From NCBI GenBank assembly GCA_965206125.1, contig CBDBIN010000039.1, positions 10,202 to 74,201 on the forward strand: DNA of 64,000 nucleotides, read 5' to 3'. Below are positions 1-10,344 of the stretch, piece by piece. Both the position numbers and the translations under genes were made by a program. This DNA comes from Terriglobia bacterium. Its GTDB lineage: Bacteria > Acidobacteriota > Terriglobia > 20CM-2-55-15. Under the pieces are notes generated by a model. That model was not told the DNA's origin. It did not search any database and was given only the letters and a program-made list of their open reading frames with translations. Positions within the stretch are counted from its first letter, which is position 1, and every line of letters starts with the position of its first letter.

Positions 1-3000
1 AGGTGATGCCGGTCCCATTGGCGAAATGCGCGAAGTCGAGAACTTCCGGCGCTTCCGGCGTAGCCTCGGCTCGGTTGGAAGCCCGGCCCCTGCCGATCCG
101 GTTCACCGCCCGCACCTCGAAGACGTAGGCCGTGCCGTTGACGAGTCCGGTGATCGTATGGGTGGTTTGGGTGGAACCGATGGAGGTCCAGGGATTCCTC
201 CTGTCGATCCGGTACTGGTAATCCGTGATCGCCGCCCCGCCGTCTCTCGCCGGAGTGTCCCAGCTCAGCACGACCTCGCCGTCCCCGACCACCGCCGTCA
301 GGTTAACCGGCGCGCCGGGCACTGTTGTGGAGCTGCCACCCCCGCCGAAACCACCGCCACCGCCACCGCCGCTGCCTGGCGATGACGGCGGACCCTCGAC
401 GGTGTGCTCCAGTGGAGACGACAGCCGCCGTCCGTTACTGGTGCAGATGGCACCGGGGACCGTACAGCGGCGGTTTGCGGCCAGGGCCAGCCTTACGTCC
501 GCATAGGAATCCGGCGTGACATCAATCTCCCACCGGTCCCCGCGGCCGTCCAGGCGTCGGGCGTCCGTCAGCGCGCCGCCTGTCACCGCCACCGCGTGGT
601 CCCGGAACTCCTTGTAGGAGGTCAAGAGGTTGTCGCTGAACCGGAACCGAACACTGAAGGCGTTTCCATCATGCGTCGCGGGTGGGTCGTCGAAGCTCGC
701 CGTCAGAGCATTGCCCGTGCCCACCGCGAGGCCCCCGCTCCCGAGCGCGCCGTCGCTGAAGATCCAGGGGCGGGCCTGTTTGATCGCCAGGATATTGTCG
801 CTGGTGATCTTGAACTCGATTTCCATGGCGAACGGTTCATCGGGGCCGGGGTTGTACAGCACCGCGGAGTGGTCATGGATCACAGTGAGGTGATCGCGCA
901 ACTGATCCAGTTGATCGTTGCTCATGAGAAGTTGCCCCCGCAGCACTTGGTTGGAGATCGCAACAACGGTGTGTGTACCGTACGAGTTCAACAGGATTTC
1001 CTCCGGCACCGATAGCGCGTCGGGATTGGTAACCAGATCCTCACCGATCTGACTGTTGACGTAGTAGCTCCCGTCTGTGCTGTAGGCGGGGTCAAAGCTG
1101 ACGGCGACGCCGTTGACCAGTTCGTCGGAGTAGTTGGGATGCACCAGGACCCCCATCGCAGCCTCCAGGTGGTCGATGCGATGGAAGTCGCGTTCGATGA
1201 AGGCGCGGAAGTTCCACAGGCTGGCGTACACCTGTTTGAGGGATTTGGCGATGCCATCCTCCTCGGTCTCCTCGGGATGCTGGGTCTTGGAGTCGTACAG
1301 GCCCGCGCCGTTGAACCCGGGCAGATCCTCGTTGTTGGTGCTCGACCGGTAGCGCAGGGAGATCCCCACGGGAAACGTCGCGTGCATCGTGGTCAGCGCC
1401 GTGGTCATCCACTCGGGCGTCTCCGCGTCTTTGATGGCTCTGCGCAGCTTCTTGAGCTCGGACTCCTGGGTGTCGAAGTCCGTTTGGAAATCGGAGTCGG
1501 CCAGCATATCTTTGATGTCGTCATAGAGCCCGCTGTCGGTCATGAACTTGTCGTAGAAATAGAACGGGACGGCGAACCCGTCGGGCACAGTCCCCGCGGG
1601 AAAACCCAGCGTCCCCAGCACGGCCACGTTGGCTGCCTTGACGCCGAACGCGGCCCAGTCCTCGAAGCCGACCTGACTGAGCGGGCTGATCGCTGTGACC
1701 GTGAGGTCGCGTTGCGGGGTCTGTGCCTCGGCGGGCTGGGAAGCGGCGTAGTAGGCATCAACTTCAGCGGGGGTGGCTGCGTGGATCGAGTATCCGGTCT
1801 CGGTCACCTCGTAGCGGACATAGCTGCCGACCAGAGACGCGATGTCGGGCTCGTCGAGGGCGTCGCGGATGAAGGCGTTGGGAATGCCGTCTTGAACGGC
1901 GCGCAGGTTAACATGCGACAGCGGTGTCTGGGGCACGGTGCTGACGATGCCGGCGACGCGGGGCAGCTCGTTGGGCAGCGCCTCGTAGATCACCACGTCG
2001 CGGGGGTGGGGATGCTCGTCCGGTTCCCTGACCTGCAGAAGGCCGTACCCTTCCCCCGGGTTCAACGCAACGTAGCTGGTTTCGGCGAAGACGTCTTCGT
2101 CGAACACGAGGTTGATTCGGGATGCCTGGTACAACGGCAAGTCGGACTGGGTATCCAGAAGCGCATCATTTCGTATCCACAAGACCAGGTTGTCCTCAAG
2201 CAGCGGCATGCTGGCTGCGAGCAGAGTATGGGTGCGCGCCACAACGCTGAAGGAGTCATCATGTCGGTCGGCTAACCAGTAACGGTAGACTCCTACACTG
2301 CCATCGGGGGCAACGAGTTCCGGGTCATAGATCATAGCCCCGCGGACCAGCCCGCCCGCCCCGGTGAGGCCTACGGCATCCAGTATGGCTATATGGGGCC
2401 GGACCCTCTCGGTGTTCTGGAAGTAGACAAGCGGCCGGTCAGTGTCCATGTCAATCAGAAGGAACTTGAGGAACAATGTGCCGCTGGAATCTTCAAAAGA
2501 GAGCGTCTCAACTGCATCCCGATCGGGAAGGACCACGGCGCCGTCGCTGAGCTCGATCGCGGCGGCGGGGTTCACCGGGTTCATGCTCCCCAGGGTGTCG
2601 AGTTCGGTGATGTCGTCGACGCAATCTCCGTCGACGTCGGCGGGGTCGGCGATGAGATACTTCTCCACCCGGTAGCGCTCCTTGGGCAGCGCCTCCACGT
2701 TCTCGGCTAGCGTGGTCGTGCCCGCTTCGCCCCGCTTCACCAACACCGGAATCTCAAAGCTGGTGTCCGCGTCCAACTCGTGCCGGACATAAAGCACGAA
2801 GTAGTCCGCAGTCGTGGACGTGACCACGATGGGCACCCCCGTCACTGCCACCGGCGTCGGGTTGTAGCCGCCTCCTGGACACGGCTCTAATTGTGGTTCG
2901 TCCTGCGCCTGTGCCTGCGCCGGCATGATCGCCAGCAGGGCAGCGAGTGTCAGCAGCAGTCCTGGCGCCGTGGGGGCAGTCCGGGATCGGGCAAGGCTTC

Positions 3001-3049
3001 GAAGATGGGTGCAGCGCCCCTGATAGCGGAGGTGATGCTTGCAGCACAT
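1..3049 (-). CDS. Secreted PEP/pyruvate-binding (PPDK_N-like) domain protein with C-terminal fibronectin type III domain; partial, 3-prime end beyond left edge
   Basis: Hand translation of the minus strand: frame open from ATG 3049-3047 to base 1, so it is missing from the track (no stop in window). Signal-like LLLTLAALLAIMPAQAQA. FGVKAANVAVLGTLGFPAGTVPDGFAVPFYFY, LRYRSSTNNEDLPGFNGAGLYDS and AIKQARPW resemble PPDK_N motifs. Final PGAPVNLTAVVGDGEVVLSWD...YVFEVRAVN is FN3-like. Confidence 0.7.
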   Translation of the reverse strand, partial: MCCKHHLRYQGRCTHLRSLARSRTAPTAPGLLLTLAALLAIMPAQAQAQDEPQLEPCPGGGYNPTPVAVTGVPIVVTSTTADYFVLYVRHELDADTSFEIPVLVKRGEAGTTTLAENVEALPKERYRVEKYLIADPADVDGDCVDDITELDTLGSMNPVNPAAAIELSDGAVVLPDRDAVETLSFEDSSGTLFLKFLLIDMDTDRPLVYFQNTERVRPHIAILDAVGLTGAGGLVRGAMIYDPELVAPDGSVGVYRYWLADRHDDSFSVVARTHTLLAASMPLLEDNLVLWIRNDALLDTQSDLPLYQASRINLVFDEDVFAETSYVALNPGEGYGLLQVREPDEHPHPRDVVIYEALPNELPRVAGIVSTVPQTPLSHVNLRAVQDGIPNAFIRDALDEPDIASLVGSYVRYEVTETGYSIHAATPAEVDAYYAASQPAEAQTPQRDLTVTAISPLSQVGFEDWAAFGVKAANVAVLGTLGFPAGTVPDGFAVPFYFYDKFMTDSGLYDDIKDMLADSDFQTDFDTQESELKKLRRAIKDAETPEWMTTALTTMHATFPVGISLRYRSSTNNEDLPGFNGAGLYDSKTQHPEETEEDGIAKSLKQVYASLWNFRAFIERDFHRIDHLEAAMGVLVHPNYSDELVNGVAVSFDPAYSTDGSYYVNSQIGEDLVTNPDALSVPEEILLNSYGTHTVVAISNQVLRGQLLMSNDQLDQLRDHLTVIHDHSAVLYNPGPDEPFAMEIEFKITSDNILAIKQARPWIFSDGALGSGGLAVGTGNALTASFDDPPATHDGNAFSVRFRFSDNLLTSYKEFRDHAVAVTGGALTDARRLDGRGDRWEIDVTPDSYADVRLALAANRRCTVPGAICTSNGRRLSSPLEHTVEGPPSSPGSGGGGGGGFGGGGSSTTVPGAPVNLTAVVGDGEVVLSWDTPARDGGAAITDYQYRIDRRNPWTSIGSTQTTHTITGLVNGTAYVFEVRAVNRIGRGRASNRAEATPEAPEVLDFAHFANGTGIT

Positions 3050-3795
3050 GGCGTCACACCGCCCGGCCCGACGGGCGGGGCCGGGTGGAAGGTCTGACGG
3101 ATGGAGTGAGGTGCCTGATTGTTCGGCCGTGCCGGCCTGGAGATTCAGACCATAGCTGCGGTGCTCGGCGCTCGACTCTGATAGCCCAGTCAAGACGCTG
3201 GTTGGATGTCAGAGCTTTTCTTGAGCCATCCATAACTTTTCCTTACTCCGTGCCGATCCGCTCGGCGTAACCGCACGCGCCCCCCTACATCACGAAAAGT
3301 GGAGATCTATCCGGAGCGACCACCCCGCCACCGGAAGACATGCTCTGGGCTCCTTGGGCCCGGTCGATCCGTTGCAGCACGCCCGCCTACGCCGACAGTG
3401 CATCGGCTGTAACCCGGACTTTCTACTGGCATTAACCGGCGATGATCCCGGCGGCGGAATGGGGGATTTATGCCGTTGTCGGTGGGGTCTGTCAAGGCGC
3501 TGCCGGCGCCGGTTTCCGGCGCTTGACTAGCAGTTTTCAAGTAGGCGCGGAGGGCAATCAGCAAACTGGAATACTTTGGGTTTCTTTCGGTCAGTTACTA
3601 GTAATTCTGCTAGTGAACAAATTATCGCGAGACTGTATTAATAACAGCGTACGGATACCCGGATCTCGCCCTGCCGCGCAACCGGGCGGGGCGGTGAGCG
3701 AGGGCTGGAGCCCGGCCCAGGGGTGGGCGCCGCCGAGAGCGAACTTCCGTGCCGTTGGTCCCCGAGCGTCGTCCGGAGAAGAGGCGGAAATCGTC

Positions 3796-4932
3796 ATGAA
3801 CAGCCAGGACGCCTTTGAGCGGATTCTGGCGTCGTTGTACGACGCCATGCTCGACGATACCCGCTGGCCGGCCACCTCGGCCCTGATCGACGCGGCCTGC
3901 GGCCTGACAGGCAATGGCCTCATGGTCGCTGAAGGCCCGCCCGACGACGTCCGGGCTCTCTTCGTCGGGCTCTACTCCCAGGGGCAGCGCTGCGAAGACC
4001 TGGAGCGCGAGTACCTGGAAAACTACCATTCCATCGACGAACGTGTACCGCGCTTCCGGCAACTGCCGGTCAGTCGCCTGGTGCACATCACCGACCTCTA
4101 CACGGCCGAGGAGTTGAAGACCTCACCGACCTACAACGATCTGCTGTCCCGGGCCGGTATGCAGGACAGCCTGAATGTCCGTCTCCCCGGGCTGGACGGC
4201 TCCCACATCGGCTGGACCGTGAACGATCCCGTCGACTCGGATAGCTGGGGGTCTTCGCGGATCACGATGGTCCAGGGGCTGCTGCCCCATATCCAGCAGT
4301 TCGTCCGCGTCCGGCAGGCGCTGGTCCGCGCCGAGGCGCGGCACACGACCCTGACCGCCCTGCTCGACAACACGCAGATCGGCGTCCTCGAACTGGACCG
4401 GCGCGGGCGGATCATGGCGGCGAATGACCGCGCCCGTAGCATCCTGCGGCGCGGCGATGGGTTGTTGGACCGGGACCGGGTGCTGCGCGCCCGCGCGCCG
4501 GCCGACCAGGTCCGTCTCGAACGGCTGGTGGGCGACGCGCTGCCGGGCACGGGCGCCGTCGCCCTCAGTGGGTCGATGGTGCTCCGCCGCTCGTCCGTGG
4601 TGCCGCCGTTCGTGGTGCACGTCAAGCCGGTGGGCGGCCCTCAACCGGACCACGGAGCGCGACACGTTGCCGTGCTGGTGCTGATTGTCGAGCCGGGACG
4701 CCGGCATCGCATCAATCCCGAACTGGTGGCCACGACCCTGGAACTGACGCCGGCGGAGACTCAGGTGGCGGTCGGGTTGGCGGAAGGCATGAGCGTCGGC
4801 GACATGGCCGATGCGACGGGCCATACGAAAGCCGCCATCTACTGGCACCTGCAGCGGATCTACCAGAAGCACTCCATCTCGCGGCAGGCGGACCTGGTGC
4901 GGTTGGTGCTGTCGCTGGCCGAGCTCGGGTGA
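3796..4932 (+). CDS. LuxR-family transcriptional regulator
   Basis: Internal ATG of track ORF 3442..4932 (MNSQDAFERIL...). C-terminal LTPAETQVAVGLAEGMSVGDMADATGHTKAAIYWHLQRIYQKHSISRQADLVRLV is a LuxR/GerE-type HTH. The first 118 track codons look non-coding. Confidence 0.75.
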   Translation: MNSQDAFERILASLYDAMLDDTRWPATSALIDAACGLTGNGLMVAEGPPDDVRALFVGLYSQGQRCEDLEREYLENYHSIDERVPRFRQLPVSRLVHITDLYTAEELKTSPTYNDLLSRAGMQDSLNVRLPGLDGSHIGWTVNDPVDSDSWGSSRITMVQGLLPHIQQFVRVRQALVRAEARHTTLTALLDNTQIGVLELDRRGRIMAANDRARSILRRGDGLLDRDRVLRARAPADQVRLERLVGDALPGTGAVALSGSMVLRRSSVVPPFVVHVKPVGGPQPDHGARHVAVLVLIVEPGRRHRINPELVATTLELTPAETQVAVGLAEGMSVGDMADATGHTKAAIYWHLQRIYQKHSISRQADLVRLVLSLAELG

Positions 4933-5029
4933 GGGCGGCGCTGCTGGCGGTTCCGGGCCGTCGGGTCGCCAGCGATCCGACGACGCCATCGACGGAAGAC
5001 ATAACCATAATTTAAGGAGGAACTTTCAT

Positions 5030-7672
5030 ATGATCCAATCCAAGGTTGTTGCGGCCACCGTGCTGATCCTCATTGCCCTGACGATACCGGCGATCGCACA
5101 GGATGATCTGACCGACGCGCAGTACGAGGAGCTTAGCCGCGCCCTCGACATGTCGGTCGAGGAAATCCGGGCCATGAACCTCGCGCCCGACGACCTGCAG
5201 ATCCTGCTGGAGGGATACACCCAAGCCATCGTTGTCGTGGGTTCCCGCGCCGAGGCGCGCACGGTCACCGCTTCGACCGTACCCGTGGACATCCTTTCCA
5301 CGTCCGACCTCACGCGGCAGGGTGTCTTCAATCTGCAGGAACAACTCCGGACCGTCGTTCCTTCATTCAATGTCAACACGCAGCCCATCAGCGACGCCTC
5401 GACCGTGGTCCGGCCGGCGATGCTGCGGAACCTGGCGCCGGACCACACGCTCGTTCTGGTGAACGGCAAGCGCCGCCACCGCTCCGCAATCATCGACTGG
5501 CACGGCGGCAACGGCGTGGCCTTCGGCTCCCAGGGGCCGGACATTTCAGCGATTCCGGCCATCGCGCTGCGGCAGGTCGAAGTGTTGCGCGACGGTGCCG
5601 CGGCGCAATACGGCTCGGACGCCATTGCCGGGGTCATGAACTTCCAGTTGAAAGACGCCGCCTCGGGCGGCGCGGTGTCGTTGAACGCCGGCACGCATCT
5701 GGAGGGTGACGGGGAAACCTACAGCGTGGCAGCCAACGTCGGCCTGCCGCTGGGCCGCGGCGGTTTCGCCAATCTCAGCGTGGAATACGGCAGCGCGAAT
5801 CCGACCAACCGGAGCGCGCCCCGCGGCGATGCCATCGCGCTCCGCGCGGCGGGCAACACCCACGTGCTGTCGGACACGCCCCAGATCTGGGGCTCGCCGG
5901 AAGTGGACGGCGATATCAAGTTCTTCGGCAACTTCGGCTACACATCCGACAGCGGTTTTCAGCCCTACGCCCACACCAACTTCGCGCGCAAGCGGGTCAC
6001 GGGCGGGTTTTTCTTCCGCAACCCGAACACGCGTGGCGGCGTCTTCAGCGGGGACGGCGGACAGACGTTGCTGGTGGGCGACCGGCAGTGGGCCGAAACA
6101 GGAATTCCGGACGCTGGCAATTGCCCGACCGTGCCGATCGTTGACAACGTGCCCGACACCAACGCGTTGGCCGCCGTCGCATCCGACGCCAGCTGCTTCA
6201 CCCTCTACAACCGGTTCCCCGGCGGGTTCACGCCCAATTTCGGCGGCGAGGCGCGGGACATGTCGGTGGTCGGCGGCATCCGCGGCGTGATTGGCGCGAA
6301 CTTCATCTGGGACGCCAGCGCCGCGGTGGGTCAGCACGAAGCCGACCTTTTCATCAACAATACCGTCAACGCCTCGCTGGGATACGACACGCCGACCGGG
6401 TTCGATCTGGGCGGCAACCGGCAGCGCGAGTTCGGCCTCAACTTCGACGTTTCATACGCCGCGACCGAAATGGTGAACATCGCCGCCGGCACCGAGTGGC
6501 GGCACGAACAGTATCGAACCACCGAAGGCGAGCCGGATTCCTGGACGGTCGGTCCCTACGGCCGCGGCCAGGGTTTCTCGGCCGGATCCAACGGCTTCTT
6601 CGGCTACGGCCCCCTGGCCGCGGGCACCTGGGGACGGGGGAACGTCGCGGCGTACACCGACCTCGAATTCAACGACATCGACGATCGATGGAGGGTCGGC
6701 GGCGCGGTACGCTTCGAGCACTTCGAGGACTTCGGCGGAACGATCAACGGAAAACTCTCCGCCCGCTACGCCTTCGTGCGGGCCAGCGTGAGCAGCGGGT
6801 TCCGCGCGCCGACGCCCGGGCAACAGAACGGTTTCAACATTTCAACGATTTTTGACCCGGCCCTCAACGATCTCATCAACAACGGCACGATCCCATCCGT
6901 CTCACCGGTGGCGGCGTTGAAAGGGGGATTGCCGCTCGAGCCGGAACGTTCGGTCAACTACAGCACGGGCGTGGTCTTCGACACCGGTCCTGTCGATTTC
7001 TCGGCCGACTACTTCCGCGTGAACGTCTCCGACCGCATCGGCATCACCCGCAACTTCCGCCTGACCAGCGGCGAGGTTGACGGCCTGCTCGCCGAGGGCA
7101 TCGACAGCGCCCGCGACCTGAAGACCTTCCGGTTCTTCACCAACGCCTTCGATACGGCGACCGAAGGGATCGACATCGTTTCGACCTACACGCCGGTCGC
7201 GCTGCGCGGCAACACGGTTCTCAGCTTCCTCTTCAACTACACCGACACCGAGGTGACCGACAACCAGAAGGGTCTGCTCAACGCGCGGCGCCTTGCCGAG
7301 TACGCCTACGCGTTGCCGCGGACGCGGTGGAACGTCGGTATCGACCAGCGGATCGGACGGGTCCAGTTGCTTGGACGCCTCAGCTACTACGGCGGCTGGT
7401 ACGACTACGACAGCGGGTTCGGAGAAGTCTTCATCCCGTCCGGTGGGATTGAGCAGGGATTTTTCGACGGCCGGCCGATCATCGACATGGAAGCCAGCAT
7501 CGCGCTCCGCGAGGACACGACGCTCGTGATCGGAGCCCAGAACGTGTTGGACACGTATCCGCAAGTCAGCGCACGCGCCGCCTCGGTCGGCGAGAAGTAC
7601 AGCGAGTACACACCCTGGGGATTCAACGGAGCGTATTTCTACACGCGCATCGCCTACACCTGGAGCCGGTGA
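5030..7672 (+). CDS. TonB-dependent receptor
   Basis: AAGGAGG at 5014-5020 then ATG 5030. Signal peptide MIQSKVVAATVLILIALTIPAIAQ. Plug-domain motifs LRNLAPDHTLVLVNGKRR and VEVLRDGAAAQYGSDAIAGVMNF. Long barrel-like remainder. Confidence 0.85.
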   Translation: MIQSKVVAATVLILIALTIPAIAQDDLTDAQYEELSRALDMSVEEIRAMNLAPDDLQILLEGYTQAIVVVGSRAEARTVTASTVPVDILSTSDLTRQGVFNLQEQLRTVVPSFNVNTQPISDASTVVRPAMLRNLAPDHTLVLVNGKRRHRSAIIDWHGGNGVAFGSQGPDISAIPAIALRQVEVLRDGAAAQYGSDAIAGVMNFQLKDAASGGAVSLNAGTHLEGDGETYSVAANVGLPLGRGGFANLSVEYGSANPTNRSAPRGDAIALRAAGNTHVLSDTPQIWGSPEVDGDIKFFGNFGYTSDSGFQPYAHTNFARKRVTGGFFFRNPNTRGGVFSGDGGQTLLVGDRQWAETGIPDAGNCPTVPIVDNVPDTNALAAVASDASCFTLYNRFPGGFTPNFGGEARDMSVVGGIRGVIGANFIWDASAAVGQHEADLFINNTVNASLGYDTPTGFDLGGNRQREFGLNFDVSYAATEMVNIAAGTEWRHEQYRTTEGEPDSWTVGPYGRGQGFSAGSNGFFGYGPLAAGTWGRGNVAAYTDLEFNDIDDRWRVGGAVRFEHFEDFGGTINGKLSARYAFVRASVSSGFRAPTPGQQNGFNISTIFDPALNDLINNGTIPSVSPVAALKGGLPLEPERSVNYSTGVVFDTGPVDFSADYFRVNVSDRIGITRNFRLTSGEVDGLLAEGIDSARDLKTFRFFTNAFDTATEGIDIVSTYTPVALRGNTVLSFLFNYTDTEVTDNQKGLLNARRLAEYAYALPRTRWNVGIDQRIGRVQLLGRLSYYGGWYDYDSGFGEVFIPSGGIEQGFFDGRPIIDMEASIALREDTTLVIGAQNVLDTYPQVSARAASVGEKYSEYTPWGFNGAYFYTRIAYTWSR

Positions 7673-8501
7673 CGCTGCAGTCGCACAATTCATAATGAGC
7701 AGAGACGGACCGGATCAAGAATCTTTTGTTTCAGCGCGCGGCCCTGGAAGGTGACTCTGAACGACACCGGTTTTACACGCGGTCAAATCGCGGCGTTCTG
7801 CAGGGCCTTTCCCGAAGACGGTGTTTCACCGGGCACGGCTCTAGCTGTGGGGACGCCCCTGAAACGCAATCCTGGGCGAAATTCCGGGGCCGAAATACGC
7901 GCTGCGGGCGAGTAAGTTGTGGGGCTTCTGATCTTCGGTGCTGTCGTGTCCGTCGCGGCTATTGCGGGTTCGCTGGCGTGGTTCTATCGGAGTACCGGGC
8001 CAAGTCCCCCGACTCAAAAGAGCAACTGGCTCAGATCGCACGGCTCAAGAAGGAACGCAACGCCGATGATTTGTCCGCGATCGAACCGTCGACCGTCGAG
8101 GGCGCAAGCTGGCTGATCCACCGGCTAAAGGATCGGCCGCGCTGGAAATGGGGGGAATGAATCGCGGGCAATCCTGGCGGAAAAGCGGTGATCCGATAAA
8201 CAACGGGCCGCTCCACCATGACCCGCTTGTCAGCGTCACGTCGCCATAACGCAACACGACAAAGACGAACGGTCGAGTGAGTCAAGGAGATTCCGAATCT
8301 TGGAAGGCCGCCAGACACAATTTCGTTAGAATTGAGTAAGAGGATCGCACCTGCGGAGAACCCCTCGACCAATTCGCGCAGGGGCTTAGTTGTTGTCTGA
8401 AATGTCAACGCGGCGATTCAGTGTGGGATGCTCATTCGCGCGATTCCGCAAATAAGTTACGGATAAAGGATTTGGTGTTAGCCATTCAATTGTCCTTGCC
8501 G

Positions 8502-8789
8502 TCATCGGTAGGCGTCTTTTCGGTCACGGAATGAATGAAGAACGACTTCGCGACCCGCGATGTCGTACCGGGCGCGGTAGTCGCCGAACCGGATGCGCCA
8601 TTGCCCTTCTCCGGGTGCGACGCCGGAAAGTTTCTTGATCGTGTGCCTTCCCGTAACATTGTGTGGATCGGATCGGAGTGCAATGAGGATTTCTTCGATC
8701 ACTCCGGTGAGTTCCTGTTTATTGCGCACAGCCTTTCGTGCCTGACGGTCGAATGCCGGAGTCGTGAGAACGTGGAACTTGCCGGCCAT
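8502..8789 (-). CDS. Type II toxin, RelE/ParE family
   Basis: 95 aa. C-terminal WRIRFGDYRARYDIAGREVVLHSFRDRKDAY is the RelE/ParE signature. Sits 12 nt downstream of an antitoxin-like gene. Confidence 0.8.
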   Translation of the reverse strand: MAGKFHVLTTPAFDRQARKAVRNKQELTGVIEEILIALRSDPHNVTGRHTIKKLSGVAPGEGQWRIRFGDYRARYDIAGREVVLHSFRDRKDAYR

Positions 8790-8800
8790 GCGGCGTAACG

Positions 8801-9115
8801 TTATCGGTTCGAGTGTTTCAGCGAGGCGACGAGTTCATCCGCGTCACGAGCCCCCCCGCGACGATACTGTCGTACGCTCTCGCGGATCTGACGTTTCACA
8901 GTCGGGTCACGTAACTCCAGGTAATCTTCCAGCTCGTCGACGTCGATAATCCCGGCGACCGGAATTCCATCCTTTTCAAGAACGAAGTACTCCTTGTTGA
9001 CGTGCACGCGGCGCACGATCTGACCAAGGTTAATGCGGGCTTTGGTGATGGGGATGCGCTGGATCGTGATGGTGTCTTTCTTTTTGTTGCTCAATGAAGC
9101 CCCTTGGCATATCAA
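8801..9115 (-). CDS. Type II antitoxin, Phd/YefM family
   Basis: ITKARINLGQIVRRVHVNKEYFVLEKDGIPVAGIIDVDELEDYLE is Phd/YefM-like. The true start may be an internal TTG (LSNKKK...). Confidence 0.75.
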   Translation of the reverse strand: MICQGASLSNKKKDTITIQRIPITKARINLGQIVRRVHVNKEYFVLEKDGIPVAGIIDVDELEDYLELRDPTVKRQIRESVRQYRRGGARDADELVASLKHSNR

Positions 9116-9197
9116 TCATTATTGATTGATATAAATGATTATACTCCTCTGAGCGGAGTTGTCACATGCACTACAGGGGACGGCGAGCGGTTTGAGT

Positions 9198-10025
9198 GGA
9201 TTCTGGTGCAGATAGGATTGTCGGAGCGATAAGATCAGGAGTGCGCCGCGGCGATGCGGCCTATGCTGCCATGACGTGACACCAGATCACCGCGGGATTC
9301 GACTGCCATGGGATCGGAATTTCGAACTGGCGTTTGTGAATCTTCTGGGCCAGTTCGATGCCGATAATGACGCATCGCGCATTGTAGAACGTCTTGAATC
9401 CCAACATCGGGCGCAAGCGCCCCTTCACCCGGAGGTGGTCCTGCTCCACAACGTTGTTCAGATACTGGCAGCAACGAATCGTCACCGGATTCGGGCTCCG
9501 GAAGTTGAACTCCCCGTCCATTCCCATGCGCCGTAGCGCGCTATGGCTCGGCTGGTGGCCATCCAGGGTGATGCTGTGTGGCTCCCGATGATGCTTCAAC
9601 GCCTTGCGAAAGAAGGCCTTCGCCGCCGCGATGCCACGTGTTCGACTCAGAAAGAACTCCACCGTGTTGCCCTGTCCATCCACGGCTCGATACAGGTACA
9701 TCGACCGGCCCCGAACCTTGATGAACGTTTCATCAACTCGCCAGCTCCCACCCACCGGTCGCTCGAATCGGCTCCAACGCTTTTCGCAGGCTTCGGCATA
9801 GCGGACGACCCAACGCAAGATCGTGGTGTGCGAAATCGATAAACCCCGCTCACCTAAAATCGCGTCCAGATCTCGGTAACTCAGTTTGAAGCGAAAGTAC
9901 CGGCGAAGGCAGAGGAGAATGATGTTGTCTTCGAACCAACGACCGGCGAATAGAGGATTCCGTTCAGTTTTGCGATGCGCCATATCCCATTATCGCCAAT
10001 TTCATTCGCTGTCTGCACCAGAACC
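9198..10025 (-). mobile_element. IS6-family insertion sequence, apparently intact (about 828 bp)
   Basis: Terminal inverted repeats GGATTCTGGTGCAGA (9198-9212) and TCTGCACCAGAACC (10012-10025) bracket one transposase ORF. The flanking 8 bp differ, so no target duplication. Confidence 0.85.
9261..9983 (-). CDS. IS6-family transposase
   Basis: 240 aa. WRVDETFIKVRGRSMYLYRAVDGQGNTVEFFLSRTR, SITLDGHQPS and YLNNVVEQDHLRVKGRLRPMLGFK are IS6/IS26-type DDE motifs. Confidence 0.9.
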   Translation of the reverse strand: MAHRKTERNPLFAGRWFEDNIILLCLRRYFRFKLSYRDLDAILGERGLSISHTTILRWVVRYAEACEKRWSRFERPVGGSWRVDETFIKVRGRSMYLYRAVDGQGNTVEFFLSRTRGIAAAKAFFRKALKHHREPHSITLDGHQPSHSALRRMGMDGEFNFRSPNPVTIRCCQYLNNVVEQDHLRVKGRLRPMLGFKTFYNARCVIIGIELAQKIHKRQFEIPIPWQSNPAVIWCHVMAA

Positions 10026-10344
10026 ATCGAATCCGAGTTGCGCTCTTTAGAAATGGCCGCAGTGGACCAGGCGACATACGTCCGGCTCGCCGAGACGTTA
10101 TCTCACTTTCGTGGCAAACTTCGTACTCGATCCGGTACTCTCGATGTGGTCGAGCGACAGAAGATTCTCCGGCTGGTCGTCAAAGAGATTCTAGTGGGCG
10201 CCAAAGAAATCCGAATCCGCCACTCGATTCCAGTGTCCGATTCCGGTCCTGGAACCTCTGGAACGGGCACGCCCGAACGAACGTCCGGCTCAACCCAAGG
10301 CGGGGCTGAATCTGGAAGTTGCCTTTTGCGTACGGGGAGTCATT
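10026..10344 (+). pseudogene. C-terminal fragment of a large serine recombinase
   Basis: In track ORF 9975..10376: LDVVERQKILRLVVKEILVGAKEIRIRHSIPV resembles the conserved C-terminus of large serine recombinases. It starts exactly at the IS6 end and is cut at about 10345 by an RT fragment. Confidence 0.5.

Noticed and set aside
1139-2275. 378-aa plus-strand ORF, the longest track ORF in the first 3 kb
   Set aside because: Gly/Val/Arg/Asp-rich low-information sequence, typical of an antisense shadow in high-GC DNA. The opposite strand encodes a motif-rich protein (PPDK_N-like) in a frame open across the whole region.
7726-8160. 144-aa plus-strand ORF after the TonB-dependent receptor, and 97-aa ORF 21826..22119
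   Set aside because: No RBS, no motifs, and composition partly Arg/Gly/Cys-rich. Could be real small genes but unsupported.
8031-8408. Possible decayed DUF262 (GmrSD N-terminal) gene on the minus strand
   Set aside because: Only a short run resembles the DUF262 pattern (PLRELVEG..., and in another frame RN-VW...KIRNLLDSLDR), and it has multiple stops and frameshifts. Too weak to call as a feature.
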